The translations under genes were made by a program, and so were the position numbers. The notes under the pieces are model-generated. The model had not been told where the DNA came from. It made no database searches and saw only the letters and a list, made by a program, of their open reading frames with translations. Shown here piece by piece: positions 16,644-25,493 of a DNA stretch of 32,000 nt (the first letter of the stretch is position 1; each line of letters begins with the position of its first letter). This DNA is from Candidatus Electronema halotolerans (GTDB taxonomy: Bacteria; Desulfobacterota; Desulfobulbia; Desulfobulbales; Desulfobulbaceae): the NCBI GenBank assembly GCA_942493095.1, contig OW818675.1, forward strand, positions 780,001-812,000, written 5' to 3'.

Positions 16644-17537
16644 TTACTTCTTCATCATATTCATGGGGAAGTTGGAGTTCATGATGCCATCCTGCATATA
16701 CTGCATCTGCTCCTTCTGGATTCCGCCGCTCATGCTTGGCATTCCCGGCATTCCCGGAATATTCGGAAACTCAGCATTGCCGATGCCTTCCTGCATGAAG
16801 TTGATCTGCGGCATTTTGATCTGGCCGCTGACTTGCTCAACAACTTTGGGCATCATCTGGTTCTTGAAGCGGTTGGGCAGTTCCCACGGACGGATGTTGC
16901 CGATGATGGTCTGCACCATATTCGGCTGGATGTTGCTCCGGTACAGGTTTGGTGCCATGGAAGAAATATTTTTGTACCGGTCCGTCATGATCGTATTCCG
17001 AACCTGGTTTCTGATCTGATTGGCTGCAGCTGCGCCTTGCTGCATCATGGACAGATTTTGCTGCGTCAGCTGATCAGCAATTTGAGTGCGCTGCTGATTC
17101 GGCATATTGCCGACAGCCTGCTCAATCATCTTGCGGATATCCAACGTCGGCGCAGGAGAAGACAGAGCCTGCTGATCAGCAGTCGGCTGCCAGAGATTGT
17201 CCATACCGACATTAGCAGAGACCTGCTGGCTGACTCCTGACATCATGGCGTTTGCCATGCCAGCGGCAATGCTGGCTCCCATGTTGCCCATGCTGTTGTT
17301 GGCCATGCCGCTCGGCATGCTTGGCATGCTTGGCATGGCACTTGCGCTGCCTCCCATCTGATTCTGGACATTGCCCATCATCTGATTCTGCATGCTGGAC
17401 GACATCTGATTGGCCATGTTGCTCATCATCTGATTCTGCATGTCCTGAATGGACGTGCCTGCCGCCGCTGCTGAACTGGCAAAACCAGCTAAAGCCAGCC
17501 CGATTCCCAACGTGAAACCAATAACAGCCTTTTTCAT
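16644..17537 (-). CDS. Secreted methionine/glutamine/asparagine-rich protein B (paralog of A)
   Basis: 297 aa. RBS AGAGGAGGAGGAAAATG. Signal peptide MKKAVIGFTLGIGLALAGFASSAAA. About 40 Met by manual count, no His or Cys. It shares core motifs with A (PT[VL]D[LI]R, IRNQ[IV], PW[NE].P.RF..MMP, MQYMQ[QD]GIMN..NFP). Confidence 0.8.
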   Translation of the reverse strand: MKKAVIGFTLGIGLALAGFASSAAAAGTSIQDMQNQMMSNMANQMSSSMQNQMMGNVQNQMGGSASAMPSMPSMPSGMANNSMGNMGASIAAGMANAMMSGVSQQVSANVGMDNLWQPTADQQALSSPAPTLDIRKMIEQAVGNMPNQQRTQIADQLTQQNLSMMQQGAAAANQIRNQVRNTIMTDRYKNISSMAPNLYRSNIQPNMVQTIIGNIRPWELPNRFKNQMMPKVVEQVSGQIKMPQINFMQEGIGNAEFPNIPGMPGMPSMSGGIQKEQMQYMQDGIMNSNFPMNMMKK

Positions 17538-17748
17538 TTTCCTCCTCCTCTTGTTTAAGCAACAACCGTCTGCCCTGCGCGGACGGAATCCTGCATATAT
17601 ATCAGCTCCGAATCCTCTTCACGCATGTACGATAGCGCGTTATATATCTTTTTGCAAGAGTTTTACGCAGCGTGTACAATTTTTTTTACCCGCTGCGCGG
17701 CTGCGGCACTTGCCTCCTCTCCATTTTTATTGTCATTGCAACCTGTTT

Positions 17749-19176
17749 TCATCCTGCCACAGCCAAAATACCGCTGCTGACGGACGGCAGAATGCCTGCC
17801 AGCAGCATAGCCGCTGTGAGCAGGAAAAGGCTGATGGCCTGCACATTGTCCAATGCCAGCGGTTTGACCTCAGCCTGTGGCTGAATAATGTAGGCCTCTT
17901 TCACCAGCAGCAGGTAGTAATAGAGAGAAATGGTCGAATTGAGGGCGGCAAAGATCACCATCGCATAATAGCCTTCCTTGGCAGCAGCGGCAAAGAGGAA
18001 GAACTTGCCCATGAAGCCTGCCAGCGGCGGAATCCCGGCCAGCGAAAAGGCGGTCAGCATGAGAATTGCGGCCAGCCCTGGGTTGTTTCGGCCCAAGCCT
18101 TGCAGACCACTGCGCTGCTCCTCGCCATCCCGGCCAATGGCGGACATGATGAAGAAAATGGCATAGTTGGCTGCCGCATAGACAAAAAGATAAAAGATGA
18201 TGGAGGAGCGGGCATTGCCTGCGTCGCCGGTCAGGGCCATGATGATGTAGCCAGCCTGGGCGATGGACGAATAGGCCATGAAGCGGCGCAGCCGTTCCTG
18301 CTTCATCGCGCCAAGGTTGCCGACCGTCATGGTGGCGGCAGCCAGAATCAGGATGACTGACTGGAGCGAGCTGTGCAGGGCGGCCAGCGGCTCGTAGAGC
18401 AGGATGAGGAGAAAGGCGATTGCCACCGCCTTGGAAGACACGGAAATAAAGGCTGTGACCGGGCTGGGTGCGCCTTCATAGACATCCGGTGCCCAAGTAT
18501 GAAAGGGGAAGACGGTCAGCTTGAAGCCAACTGCGGCTAAAATAAAGAGCACACCCAAGCGGAGCAGCGGCTCTCCCGGATTGGCGGCGCAGGCTTTGGC
18601 CACTGCCGCAAAGGTGACGGAACCTGCTGCGCCATAGATAAAGGAGAGGCCAAAAAGCATCAGGCCGGTGGAAATCGACCCCATCATCATGTACTTGGTC
18701 GAGGCTTCAACCGACAAGTCGTCATCCTTGTAAAAGCCGCTGAGAATGTAGAGTGGAATCGCGGACAGCTCCATGCCGACAAACAGCGTCAGCAAATCAG
18801 TAGCCGAAACCACGGTGAACATGCCAAAGGTGCAGAGCAGGATGATGAACAGGAACTCGCTCTGATGCTTCATCGTTCCCCGCTGGTTGCCGCCGGGCAT
18901 GAAGTAAGGCCGGGAAAGCAGGACGGTGAAGAGCGCGGACAGGACAAAGACCTGCTTAAAGAGCAGCGATGCGCCTGTGACCTGATAGCCGCCCGGATAG
19001 AGTGCGGTCTGGTTGTACGGCAGACAGGCCAGCACAATGAAAATCACAGTTAGCCCCAGCCAAGCTATATGAAAGGGCGCGGACGAAGTCAGGTTGACCT
19101 TGCCCTTGTACAGATCATGGCCCAGAATCAGGGCGGCCAGCAGGACGAGGAGAATATCCGGGAGAAGGAGCTTCAT
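17749..19176 (-). CDS. nuoN: NADH-quinone oxidoreductase subunit N
   Basis: 475 aa polytopic antiporter-like subunit. Motifs GMELSAIPLYILSGF and FHTWAPDVYEGAPSPVTAF. Confidence 0.92.
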   Translation of the reverse strand: MKLLLPDILLVLLAALILGHDLYKGKVNLTSSAPFHIAWLGLTVIFIVLACLPYNQTALYPGGYQVTGASLLFKQVFVLSALFTVLLSRPYFMPGGNQRGTMKHQSEFLFIILLCTFGMFTVVSATDLLTLFVGMELSAIPLYILSGFYKDDDLSVEASTKYMMMGSISTGLMLFGLSFIYGAAGSVTFAAVAKACAANPGEPLLRLGVLFILAAVGFKLTVFPFHTWAPDVYEGAPSPVTAFISVSSKAVAIAFLLILLYEPLAALHSSLQSVILILAAATMTVGNLGAMKQERLRRFMAYSSIAQAGYIIMALTGDAGNARSSIIFYLFVYAAANYAIFFIMSAIGRDGEEQRSGLQGLGRNNPGLAAILMLTAFSLAGIPPLAGFMGKFFLFAAAAKEGYYAMVIFAALNSTISLYYYLLLVKEAYIIQPQAEVKPLALDNVQAISLFLLTAAMLLAGILPSVSSGILAVAG

Positions 19177-19179
19177 GGC

Positions 19180-20691
19180 TTAACGCATCAGGTTGTTGTA
19201 AATGGGATGCACTGCCTCGTTGACCAGATTGATAATCCAGCCGGGCAGCATGCCCATGCCGAAGAGACAGAAGAGCAGAATGGTCACTGGGATTTTCTCC
19301 AAGGGCGAGGCATCGGTCAAGGTCGCAAAGCGTTCAATGACCGGCCCGCCGACAAAACCGTTGACCGCCCGCAGGATATAGACTGCTGTCACTACAATGG
19401 AGAGCACCGCCAAGACTGTGCAAATCCGGTACAGCGGGGCGGAATTGGCAAAGGCTCCGACAAAGACGTTGGCCTCGGCGACAAAGCCGGACAGACCCGG
19501 CAGCCCCAGTCCTGCCAGACCGACAATCACGTAGGCTGTGGAGAGAAAGGGCATAATTTTCATCAGGCCACCCATCTCGCTCACTGTCCGGGTATGGGTT
19601 CTGCCGTAGATCATGCCGATCAGACAGAAGAAGAGGGCGGTCATCAAGCCATGCGAAATCATCTGCAAGACTCCGCCCTTAATGCCGGTAAAGGTCATGG
19701 CTGTGAAGCCGAAGAGGACCATGCCGCAGTGCGAGACCGAAGAATAGGCGGTGATGTATTTCAGGTCGGTCTGCTTGATTGCGCCCAACGCGCCGTAGAG
19801 GACATTGATGGTGACTAAAACCAAGAAAAAGGACATCCACATATTGGCCCCTTCCGGCAGCAGATACATGCCGACCCGCAGGCAGCCGTAGCCGCCCAGC
19901 TTCATCAGCACTCCGGCATGCAGCATGGAAACCGCTGTTGGCGCGGAAGCGTGGCCGTCCGGCGACCACGTATGGAAGGGATAGAGCGCGCCCAGCACAC
20001 CGAAGCCGACAAAGATGAGCGGGAAGACCCAGTGCTGGAATTCCGGCGAAAAATGATGCTGAGAAAGCTGCTGGAGGTCAAAGGTGTTGAGGCCGGATTC
20101 AAAGTAGAGGGCGAGAATGCCTGCGAGAATGAAGGCCGAGCCTGCGACCAGCATCAGGGTCAGCTTCATGGCTGAATATTCCTTCTTGCCCGTTCCCCAG
20201 AGACCGATCAGCAGGTACATGGGCAGCACCGCAATCTCGTAGAAAACAAAGAAGGTGAAGAGGTCGATGGAAACAAACACGCCATAGACCCCGGCCACCA
20301 GCACGTTGAGGAGAACAAAGAACTCCTTGGCCTGCTTCTCCACACCCCAGCTTGCCAGCACGCCGCAGAAGATGACAATGGCTGTGAGGAGCATCATCAG
20401 CACGGAGATGGCATCCACACCGATATTGTACTCAATGTGCAGCATCTGGAGCCACGGCACTGTGGCGGTGAATTGAAACTGACTGAGCCGTGCGCCGTCT
20501 GCCACAGGATGAGCTGCGGACACGCCGATGAACTGGAAAGTCAGGCTGATCACCAGCAGCAGGTTAAGCGCATTCCCGGTCAAGGAGATTATCTTGATGC
20601 GCCGGTGGTCGTCGCGGTCAACCGGCAGCAGGGCCAGCGCGGTGATGAAGGGGACTGCCCAGATCATGGTCAGCAGAAATGATCCGTTCAT
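19180..20691 (-). CDS. nuoM: NADH-quinone oxidoreductase subunit M
   Basis: 503 aa. Motifs FVFYEIAVLPMYLLIGLWG, FHTWSPDGHASAPTAVSMLHAGVLMKLGGYG and YSSVSHCGMVL. Confidence 0.92.
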   Translation of the reverse strand: MNGSFLLTMIWAVPFITALALLPVDRDDHRRIKIISLTGNALNLLLVISLTFQFIGVSAAHPVADGARLSQFQFTATVPWLQMLHIEYNIGVDAISVLMMLLTAIVIFCGVLASWGVEKQAKEFFVLLNVLVAGVYGVFVSIDLFTFFVFYEIAVLPMYLLIGLWGTGKKEYSAMKLTLMLVAGSAFILAGILALYFESGLNTFDLQQLSQHHFSPEFQHWVFPLIFVGFGVLGALYPFHTWSPDGHASAPTAVSMLHAGVLMKLGGYGCLRVGMYLLPEGANMWMSFFLVLVTINVLYGALGAIKQTDLKYITAYSSVSHCGMVLFGFTAMTFTGIKGGVLQMISHGLMTALFFCLIGMIYGRTHTRTVSEMGGLMKIMPFLSTAYVIVGLAGLGLPGLSGFVAEANVFVGAFANSAPLYRICTVLAVLSIVVTAVYILRAVNGFVGGPVIERFATLTDASPLEKIPVTILLFCLFGMGMLPGWIINLVNEAVHPIYNNLMR

Positions 20692-20764
20692 AATAGGAAT
20701 GCTCCGTTGCGGGATTTGCCGGTGGGGCTGGAGATAGTCATGCGATATCTTTTAAATTGCATTT

Positions 20765-21154
20765 TCAAGCAGTTCTGTGTCCGATCTTTTCTTGCAGCCA
20801 TGAGACCAACTCCTCATGACTTGTCCTGCCAGAAGCGAGGTCTATCATCAATTTTTCCTGTTCATCAACAGTTGCGAATATATCCATGCCGTTCTGCACA
20901 AGAAAAATTTCCATTGCGGCGTGGCTGACACGTTTGTTTCCGTCTATAAATGGGTGATTTTTGACCAATGAAAAGCAGAGAATTGCCGCCTTTTCAATTA
21001 TAGATGGATAAAGTTCTGTTTCTCCAAAAGTCTGCCTTGGCAAGGCAAGTGCTGATTCCAAACCGCCTTGATTTCTGATGCCTTGCCTGCCGCCGCTTTC
21101 TTTGAGTATGCGATCATGAAGATAGAGAATTTCGCTGAGGCTCAAATAACGCAT
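20765..21154 (-). CDS. doc: Doc (death-on-curing) family Fic-fold toxin
   Basis: 129 aa with the Doc-type motif HPFIDGNKRVSH. It shows an ATGA-type overlap with the upstream small gene. Confidence 0.88.
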   Translation of the reverse strand: MRYLSLSEILYLHDRILKESGGRQGIRNQGGLESALALPRQTFGETELYPSIIEKAAILCFSLVKNHPFIDGNKRVSHAAMEIFLVQNGMDIFATVDEQEKLMIDLASGRTSHEELVSWLQEKIGHRTA

Positions 21155-21348
21155 CAGCTTAGTCGGTTATACAGTTCTTTATTCTTGTTCAGTACATAGT
21201 TTGCTGCTGCAAGAAATTCTTCGTCGCGTGTATTCAAGAGATCAGCAATGGCTACCAGAATAAGCTGTTTTGGCAGCAGGCCAAGTTTTTTTGCTTTTTC
21301 TTGCAGCTTTGCAAATTGCGACTCGTTGAGTTCTATTGAGAGTTCCAT
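21154..21348 (-). CDS. Ribbon-helix-helix-like antitoxin partner of Doc
   Basis: 64 aa. LSIELNESQFAKLQEKAKKLGLLPKQLILVAIADLL fits a beta-alpha-alpha RHH pattern. Its position and overlap with doc support the call. Confidence 0.6.
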   Translation of the reverse strand: MELSIELNESQFAKLQEKAKKLGLLPKQLILVAIADLLNTRDEEFLAAANYVLNKNKELYNRLS

Positions 21349-21562
21349 ATAAAGCCGCTTCAGTTAAAATTGGATCAACTATAGCAGTTACGAGTTGGAC
21401 AGTTACCAAATATCCTTGCCTTGTCAAAAGTTTTATCTATTTAAATTCAACTTATTACGTGCTTATCGGCATGTTGAACTGATCGCCATTTCGCGTGTAA
21501 CCGCTATACATGAAAATTGACAAGTATTGCACGCGATACCCGTAGGATACCAGTCAGGTCTC

Positions 21563-22645
21563 TCATCTTGCCCAGTTATAACGATCCGGGTCTCTTCTGA
21601 GAAGATCATCTCGCATAGCTTTTTTCTGAGATTTTGCTAATCGCTGGTAAATGGTTCTCAGCTCAGAATCAACATAATCTTGACTATACCCTCGTTCGAT
21701 AGCTTTTTCATACCAAGAATGCCCTAAACCGTGTTGTCCCGTTTCTATATACACTGCACCAAGCAGAGTACATGGTCGGAAATCTTGAGGCGTGTACTCG
21801 TGAGCTTGCTTTCCAAGACCTAATGCTTGATCCCACTTTCCCAAATCTCGCTTAACTCCTCCATGAGTTGTGCAAATTGCTGATTTTAATTTTTTATTTT
21901 TTATATTAAGAACATCAATTATTTTTAATATCTTTTCCGCTGTTCTTGATTCATCAAATTTCCGATAGTGACTGCTTGCATTAACCGCAAACCACGGATC
22001 TTTATTTTTTTCAAATTCCTTGTGATAAAATTTTGCCTCGTTTTCATGATATTTTCTTTTCAATTCTTCAGTGAAGTAATTTTCACCATTCTCATCTTCA
22101 GATTCGTAAAGCCAAACAACCTGTTCATCGGAAAGACGTTTTCCATTATCAACATGACGCAAAAATTCCATGAGTTTTGCAAAATCATCTTGTTCGATAT
22201 AACGAGTTAATCCATACTGCTCCCTTAATTTCGACAATCTTTCTCTTGCTTTGTTTCTTGGATCATTCTTCAGTTTGGCAAAGAGAGCCTTTTCGTTTGA
22301 TTTTTGTTTAGCAAACAATGCCGCTTGTTTAGCAACTAACGCATCTCGTTCCAATTTTTGCCTAACTTTTTCTATTGCAGCTACTTCTGCCGCCGCTTTA
22401 ACTCGTGCAGATTTTTCTATTTCTGCAATTTTCACAAAATCAACATAGGATGCTTCGCCTCTTGCATAGCTCAATAACGCAAAGAAACCTTTTTCTTGCA
22501 AGAATTTCTGCGTTATATCAAAAAGTTTACCTTTTGACTCCAATTCTTGGAGTATATTAAAAAAACGACCTCCTGGAATAGATGCGCTTCTTATATCTTC
22601 TATTTTGTATTTGATCGCTAAATCGCTGTATCTAACAAACGTCAT
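21563..22645 (-). CDS. Hypothetical protein: N-terminal domain, Lys/Ala/Glu-rich coiled coil, C-terminal TPR-like repeats
   Basis: AT-rich ORF. The start was moved to MTFVRYSD (M22 of the track ORF) to remove overlap with the upstream gene. TPR-like segments are DLGKWDQALGLGKQAHEYTPQDFRPCTLLGAVYIETGQHGLGHSWYEKAIERG. No family was recognised. Confidence 0.55.
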   Translation of the reverse strand: MTFVRYSDLAIKYKIEDIRSASIPGGRFFNILQELESKGKLFDITQKFLQEKGFFALLSYARGEASYVDFVKIAEIEKSARVKAAAEVAAIEKVRQKLERDALVAKQAALFAKQKSNEKALFAKLKNDPRNKARERLSKLREQYGLTRYIEQDDFAKLMEFLRHVDNGKRLSDEQVVWLYESEDENGENYFTEELKRKYHENEAKFYHKEFEKNKDPWFAVNASSHYRKFDESRTAEKILKIIDVLNIKNKKLKSAICTTHGGVKRDLGKWDQALGLGKQAHEYTPQDFRPCTLLGAVYIETGQHGLGHSWYEKAIERGYSQDYVDSELRTIYQRLAKSQKKAMRDDLLRRDPDRYNWAR

Positions 22646-22682
22646 CTTTATGATAAACCAAATTGTAATTGATATGAATCCA

Positions 22683-23096
22683 CTATTCCAGCTTTGCCAC
22701 AACCTCAAACAGACAGTTCAAGACATTGAACATTTTCTGCAAATTATCAGCAGCAGAGATGGAAACTGGATCAACGGTGAAAAGATTCTGCTCCAGCTTG
22801 CCAAATTCCCACGTTTTCTCTGTCGTGACCACAGCGTAGCAAGTCGTTGCACCTGACAACGAAGAAGCCACCATTTCTGCCAAAGCCTGCGCCCATCCTT
22901 GAGCAAAATCGATTCGTTCGCATATTGTTGTTTCATTCACAAAACTCAGGCTGTCGCTGATATTTTCGGCAATCATAACGAACAGACATTCTGACACATC
23001 CATTTCCTTTTGCGCGATGAAACTTGTCCGTTCACCAACCGCAATATCAAATGTTCTGGCAACCTCCTCAATGGTTTTGAATGTGCCATAAGCCAT
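22683..23096 (-). CDS. Hypothetical 137-aa protein; resembles the N- and C-terminal flanks of a PD-(D/E)XK (HsdR_N-like) protein without the catalytic core
   Basis: The C-terminal pattern QALAEMVASSLSGATTCYAVVTTEKTWEFGKLE parallels QLLAELISALELN..GAYIIGGSWHFVILEK of the 27782-28549 product. No D..ExK core is visible. Confidence 0.45.
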   Translation of the reverse strand: MAYGTFKTIEEVARTFDIAVGERTSFIAQKEMDVSECLFVMIAENISDSLSFVNETTICERIDFAQGWAQALAEMVASSLSGATTCYAVVTTEKTWEFGKLEQNLFTVDPVSISAADNLQKMFNVLNCLFEVVAKLE

Positions 23097-23108
23097 GTGA
23101 ATGCACCG

Positions 23109-23564
23109 TCAATCCTGCATTTCTTTGCTGCACGGCAGTTTGCCCTCATGCGAATAACAGGAAGTCTGTCCCTTCTCATCCACAATCCAGACCTCAACCG
23201 CTCCCTTTGCCAGATAGAGCTGCACTTTTTCTTCAATCTCGCCCGCTGAATTGGACGGCGAAGTGATTTCGACGCAGATTTCAGGAGCTTTTCTGTACGG
23301 TGTGCTGTATCCGTATTGCTCAATAAAAGCATCTGAAGCCCATGCGACATCAGCAACTTTCACGCCATCGCTGGTCTGAATAGAGCATTCCATGATAATC
23401 TTGCCGTTCCCTTTAGCTATATCAATCCGGCGGCCCACTTCATATTGCAGGCGGCCATGATTGTTGCTCGCCGGACTCATGAGGATTTTTCCCCATTTGT
23501 TCAGCTCGATTTTGAACGGCAGATTTTGCAGCAAAGGATTGCTGATGACGCTGGCCCATTCCAT
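23109..23564 (-). CDS. Uma2 (DUF820) family PD-(D/E)XK putative endonuclease
   Basis: 151 aa. VADVAWAS ... APEICVEITSPSNS ... KVQLYLAKGAVEVWIVD matches the Uma2 pattern. Its ATG lies only 6 nt after the nuoL stop. Confidence 0.78.
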   Translation of the reverse strand: MEWASVISNPLLQNLPFKIELNKWGKILMSPASNNHGRLQYEVGRRIDIAKGNGKIIMECSIQTSDGVKVADVAWASDAFIEQYGYSTPYRKAPEICVEITSPSNSAGEIEEKVQLYLAKGAVEVWIVDEKGQTSCYSHEGKLPCSKEMQD

Positions 23565-23570
23565 CGTTGA

Positions 23571-25493
23571 TTATCGTCCCATGAACAGCAAAGCAATCAA
23601 ACCTACCACGGTCGCGCCAAGATAGAGATGCAGCTCACCGTTCTGCACCAAACGCACGCCTTTGCCGCCAAGATGCAGGAGCCAGCCGCAGAGATTCATC
23701 ACACCATCAACCACATTGCGGTCAAACCATTTGATCGACGCGGCAATGCCGTTGAAAATGATCTTGTGGGTGATGAAGAGATACAGTTCGTCAATGTAGA
23801 ACTTGTTCTGCACCACCGTATGCAAGGGGCCAAATGCCTTTTGCAAGGCCGCAGCTTTTTCTGTCTTTCCCTCGCCGTAGAGCAGCCACGCGCCGCCAAT
23901 GCCAATTGCTGCGACCAGCGTTGCCAGCCAAGGCAGCCAGCCCGGATGGGCAAAATGGCTGACCTCGCTCAGATGCGGCGGCAGGACTTGCTCAACAAAG
24001 GTATGCTCCAGCAGGCCCGCCAAAATCGTCGGCACAGTCAGGGCAATGATCGGCCACGTCATCCACGGGTCTTCATGAACATGATGGAGCTGCGAGCGGG
24101 CCTCGCCGTGGAAGATCAGGAAAAAGAAGCGGAACATATAAAAGGCGGTCAAGCCGCCGGTGATCAGGCCGACCAAAAAAGTGATCCAATGACCAGACTG
24201 CAACGAGGCCAGCAGAATCATGTCCTTGGACCAAAAGCCGCTGAAAGGAAATACGCCACCAATGGCAAGACAGGCAGCTAAAAGCGACCAGTAAGTGCGC
24301 GGCATCTGCCGTTTCAGGCCGCCCATTTGGAGAATATCGTTGCTGTGGACAACGTGAATCACCACGCCTGCGCCAAGGAATAACATGCACTTGAAAAAGG
24401 CATGCGTGAAGACATGATACATGGAAGCGGAAAAGCCGAGCAGATTGACCTCCGCGCCATGATGCCCACCCTCAGCGCAGACCTTGGCCGCACCGAGGGA
24501 GAAAATCATATAACCGAGCTGGGACAAGGTGGAAAAGGCGAGGATGCGCTTGATGTCCATCTGGGTGATGGCGATGACCGCAGCAAACAGGGCCGTGAAC
24601 GCGCCGATGCACTGGATGACAAAGAGAGTGCTTTCTGCGGCGGCAAAGAGCGGGAACATCCGGGCGGTCAAATACACACCGGCCACCACCATTGTCGCCG
24701 AATGAATGATCGAGGAAACCGGAGTCGGTCCTTCCATTGCGTCCGGCAGCCAGACATGGAGCGGGAACATGGCCGACTTGCCCCAGCCGCCACAGAAAAT
24801 CAGCAGGGTGGCAAGGGTGAGCACGCCAGCCTTGTTGAGCAGCAGGGCAGTTTCCGGGCTGTTAAGCGTTTGGAAGCTGAAGCTCTGGCTGTAAAAACTG
24901 ACGATGAGAATGCCGAGCAGGAAAAAGGCATCAGCAAAGCGGGTGACGATGAAGGCTTTTTTCGAGGCGGCCACGGCAGAGGGTTTTTCATACCAGAAGC
25001 CGATCAGCGCATAGGACGACACACCGACTAATTCCCAGAAAACAAACATCTGGAGGATATTGCCGGAAGTGACCAAGCCCAGCATTGAGAAGGAAAACAG
25101 GGCCAGCAGGGCGAAGAAGCGGTTGAAGGAACGGTCGCCCTTCATGTAGCCAACTGAATAAATGTTCACCAGCAGTGAGATCACCGTGACCACAACCAGC
25201 ATCATCACCGAAATCGGGTCTAAATACATGCCCAAGTTGGCGGTCAGACCGGGGGCAAAATTGAGCCACGCGGCATCGTAGGCCAGCAGGGTGCGTTCCG
25301 GCAGATGCGGCAGGCGGCTCAAATAGGCGAGCGTGGTCAGCAGGGCATAGCCCAACGACAGGCTCGACATGGTGATGGCGAACTTGGCGACAAAGCGGTT
25401 GTCCGAGTTCAGATGCCCCAGCCCGATGATGGCAAAGCTGAAGAGCGGAAAGAGCAGAATCAGGTAGCTGTGGAAAAAGATGAAATCAGCCAT
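23571..25493 (-). CDS. nuoL: NADH-quinone oxidoreductase subunit L
   Basis: Motifs WELVGVSSYALIGFW, LHVWLPDAMEGPTPVSSIIHSATMVVAGVY and STLSQLGYM. The start was moved to MADFIFF (M56 of the track ORF), giving an 8-nt overlap with nuoK. Confidence 0.92.
   Translation of the reverse strand: MADFIFFHSYLILLFPLFSFAIIGLGHLNSDNRFVAKFAITMSSLSLGYALLTTLAYLSRLPHLPERTLLAYDAAWLNFAPGLTANLGMYLDPISVMMLVVVTVISLLVNIYSVGYMKGDRSFNRFFALLALFSFSMLGLVTSGNILQMFVFWELVGVSSYALIGFWYEKPSAVAASKKAFIVTRFADAFFLLGILIVSFYSQSFSFQTLNSPETALLLNKAGVLTLATLLIFCGGWGKSAMFPLHVWLPDAMEGPTPVSSIIHSATMVVAGVYLTARMFPLFAAAESTLFVIQCIGAFTALFAAVIAITQMDIKRILAFSTLSQLGYMIFSLGAAKVCAEGGHHGAEVNLLGFSASMYHVFTHAFFKCMLFLGAGVVIHVVHSNDILQMGGLKRQMPRTYWSLLAACLAIGGVFPFSGFWSKDMILLASLQSGHWITFLVGLITGGLTAFYMFRFFFLIFHGEARSQLHHVHEDPWMTWPIIALTVPTILAGLLEHTFVEQVLPPHLSEVSHFAHPGWLPWLATLVAAIGIGGAWLLYGEGKTEKAAALQKAFGPLHTVVQNKFYIDELYLFITHKIIFNGIAASIKWFDRNVVDGVMNLCGWLLHLGGKGVRLVQNGELHLYLGATVVGLIALLFMGR

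Noticed and set aside
17538-17748. Possible riboswitch, sigma54 promoter or terminator in the nuoN to Met-rich gene B spacer. It contains a GC hairpin followed by an A-tract and a TTGCAA..TATCGT box pair.
   Set aside because: No known riboswitch core (for example SAM) was seen, and the GG-N10-GC spacing for sigma54 does not fit. The hairpin lacks a downstream U-tract on the coding strand. A sigma70-like promoter is possible but too weak to annotate.
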